58,878 bases of DNA from Deltaproteobacteria bacterium (GTDB lineage Bacteria > Desulfobacterota > RBG-13-43-22): assembly GCA_016219065.1 (NCBI GenBank), contig JACRCK010000092.1, positions 1 to 58,878 on the forward strand. Reading direction: 5' to 3'. A program made the translations under genes and the position numbers. The notes under the pieces were generated by a model that was given only the letters and a program-made list of their open reading frames with translations, was not told the DNA's origin and did no database searches. Shown here piece after piece: positions 57,182 to 58,878 of the stretch. Numbering within the stretch: the stretch's first letter is position 1; every line of letters begins with the position of its first letter.

Positions 57182-57700
57182 TCCGGCAAAGAAACGCGGG
57201 TGAACAAAAAAATAAAAACACCGTCCCGATTTCAATGACAGCGAAAAAATAGCTAGCTATAGTCATTTTTCCAGCAAGGCCGACCCTAAAATTGAAGAAG
57301 ACCGTTTTATCGGCCACCCCATTAGTCCGCATGGATACCCATTTTTACAGAGACTCATTTCGATTCATTCCCTTAAGCAAAATCGTTTGGCGAACGAAAC
57401 GAGTTAATAGTCTGACTATTGGGTAACCATCTTGTTTACATTTACCAAAACCTGCCATAAAAACCCTACTTCTGAGGGATTGTTTTTCCTATTTTAGTCT
57501 GCTATATGTCGACTTTGACAGATAATTATATGAGCGATAATTATAAATATCCTACAAAATTAGGTCCGTCACCGTTTCCGGTGGGTGACCCCAACATATT
57601 GTAGCCTTGATGGATAAAAGGCGATCCAGGCTATCCATAGACAAAAGCTAAAAAATTGGATAATTATGATCTCCTGGAACCTGCAAATCAGGAGGTCGAA

Positions 57701-58878
57701 ATGAAAGATACCAAGGGATTGTATGCCGCGCTGCTGGGGGTACGAGATCCCTGGCGAGTCGATAAAGTGGAATTGAATTTGTCCAAGAACCGAGTCGATG
57801 TCTGGGTCAAGGAAGTTAAGGGGATCAAGTGGAAATGCCCTTTCTGTGGGCACCCCGGCCCTCTGCATGACCACGATGAGGAACGGAGCTGGCGCCACTT
57901 GGATACGTGTCAGTGCCAGACCTTCATTCATGCCCGGCTGCCCCGGGTCAACTGTCCGGTCCACGGGGCCCAGCAGGTACCGGCTCCCTGGGCGGAACGG
58001 GGGACGCGCTTCACCCTGGCCTTTGAAAGCCGGGGCATCGATACGTTGAAAGAGTGTGACGTCACGGGCGGTTGTCGCTTGTTGCAGGCGGGCTGGAAGG
58101 AGATCTGGGGGATCCTGGAACGTGCCGTGCAACGCGGGCTGAAGCGGAAGGAGCGCCGGATCCCGGAGTATCTCAGCATCGACGAGAAGTCCTTTGCCAA
58201 ACGGCATAAATATGAGACCCTGGTCTGTGACTTGAAAAACGGCACGGTGGAATACGTGGTCGATGAACGATCGCAAGAGAGTCTGGAAGAGTATTACAGT
58301 CTGTTTACGGAAGAGGAATGCCGCTCGGTAAAAGCGGTGGCGATGGATATGTGGGACCCTTTTCAGGCCGCTACCCGGGACTGGCTGCCGCAGGCCGACA
58401 TTGTCTTTGACCGGTTTCATGTGGTGCGCCTGGTCACGGAGGCGGTGGACAAGGTGCGTCGCCAAGAGCATAAGCTGCTCCAAGAACAAGGCGATGAGAC
58501 GTTGAAAAAGACCCGTTACCTTTGGTTGGCCAACAAAGAAAACATTCCGGACTGGCGCCGCGAGGAATTTGCCGCATTGCGGCAGATCAATCTGAAGACC
58601 AGCCGGGCCTGGGCGTTGAAGGAATCGCTGCGCCCCTTCTGGGACTACAAATATCCCAAATGGGCCGAGAGCTTTTTTGACCGGTGGTATTACTGGGCCA
58701 CCCATTCCCGTCTCAGTCCTATGGTTAAGGCGGCCAAGACCTTGAAAAGCCATCTGCCGAACATCTTGACTTTCTTTAAACATCGGATCACCAATGCGGT
58801 GGCCGAGGGGCTCAACAGCAAGATCCAAATGGTCAAACAGATGGCTTGTGGTTTTCGTAATCGCGAGCATTATAAGAC
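57701..58878 (+). mobile_element. ISL3 family transposase gene, 3' end cut by the window
   Basis: Not in the ORF track because no stop lies in the window. Manual translation: MKDTKGLYAALLGVRDPWRV...KWKCPFCG...SWRHLDTCQ (zf-ISL3) ...YLSIDEKSFAKRHKYETLV...AVAMDMWDPF...DRFHVV...AEGLNSKIQMVKQMACGFRNREHYK. GGAGG lies 5 nt upstream. Confidence 0.85.

Noticed and set aside
57569-58870. 433-aa minus-strand ORF
   Set aside because: It is an antisense shadow of the ISL3 transposase gene. The plus-strand translation shows clear transposase motifs, while the minus product is low-complexity and has no recognisable motifs.

Overview
This is a 58.9 kb, G+C-rich bacterial chromosomal segment. Gene content (anaerobic cbi-type cobalamin pathway, PAS-rich sensor kinases, MCP, B12-radical SAM, Fe-S proteins) points to a Desulfobacterota-like anaerobe, but that is inference only. 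About 55 protein-coding genes can be supported.

Gene content, left to right:
- A small lower-GC islet with an overlapping DUF4160/DUF2442 pair and a decayed PIN (vapC-like) remnant.
- An acyl-CoA metabolism group: SDR, crotonase, acyl-CoA dehydrogenase and MaoC dehydratase. It is interrupted by a PQQ-type sugar dehydrogenase carrying an in-frame TAG, and by a membrane protein.
- A hybrid PAS histidine kinase, a KAS III enzyme and tex.
- An MCP translationally overlapped with a PAS-DHp protein that lacks an ATPase domain.
- SulP coupled to a tandem USP.
- An Fe-S protein, then a lower-GC islet (VKOR-thioredoxin fusion, secreted cupin).
- Transporters: LivK-like SBP, two MFS, a family-3 SBP and MATE.
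- A tightly packed minus-strand operon: Zn-ribbon ORF with an in-frame UGA, cupin, B12-binding radical SAM, PhoU, Cys-rich small protein and HD hydrolase.
- DUF4301, and an HDOD/GGDEF module.
- A cobalamin riboswitch-controlled anaerobic B12 cluster: fused cobD-cobQ, cobO, cbiA, C, X, MNQO, D, E, L, F, G, H, J.
- An ISL3-family transposase running off the window end. It is not in the ORF track.

No rRNA, tRNA or CRISPR array was recognised by eye.

The most unusual property of the window is non-genic. Almost every operon boundary holds mosaics of short-unit repeat modules. These include heptamer arrays (GAYGTTS), octamer-based long palindromes (TAWTGGAG), AT-rich CAATTGT arrays, GC-rich CGTAGGGCGG hairpins and a GTCATTGCGAGCGGAGCGAAGCAATCCCC inverted repeat. 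Mirror-image composites of these modules bracket two gene blocks, including a 5 kb cbiX-cbiE segment inside the B12 operon.

All family calls rest on motif recognition by eye. No database search was run.
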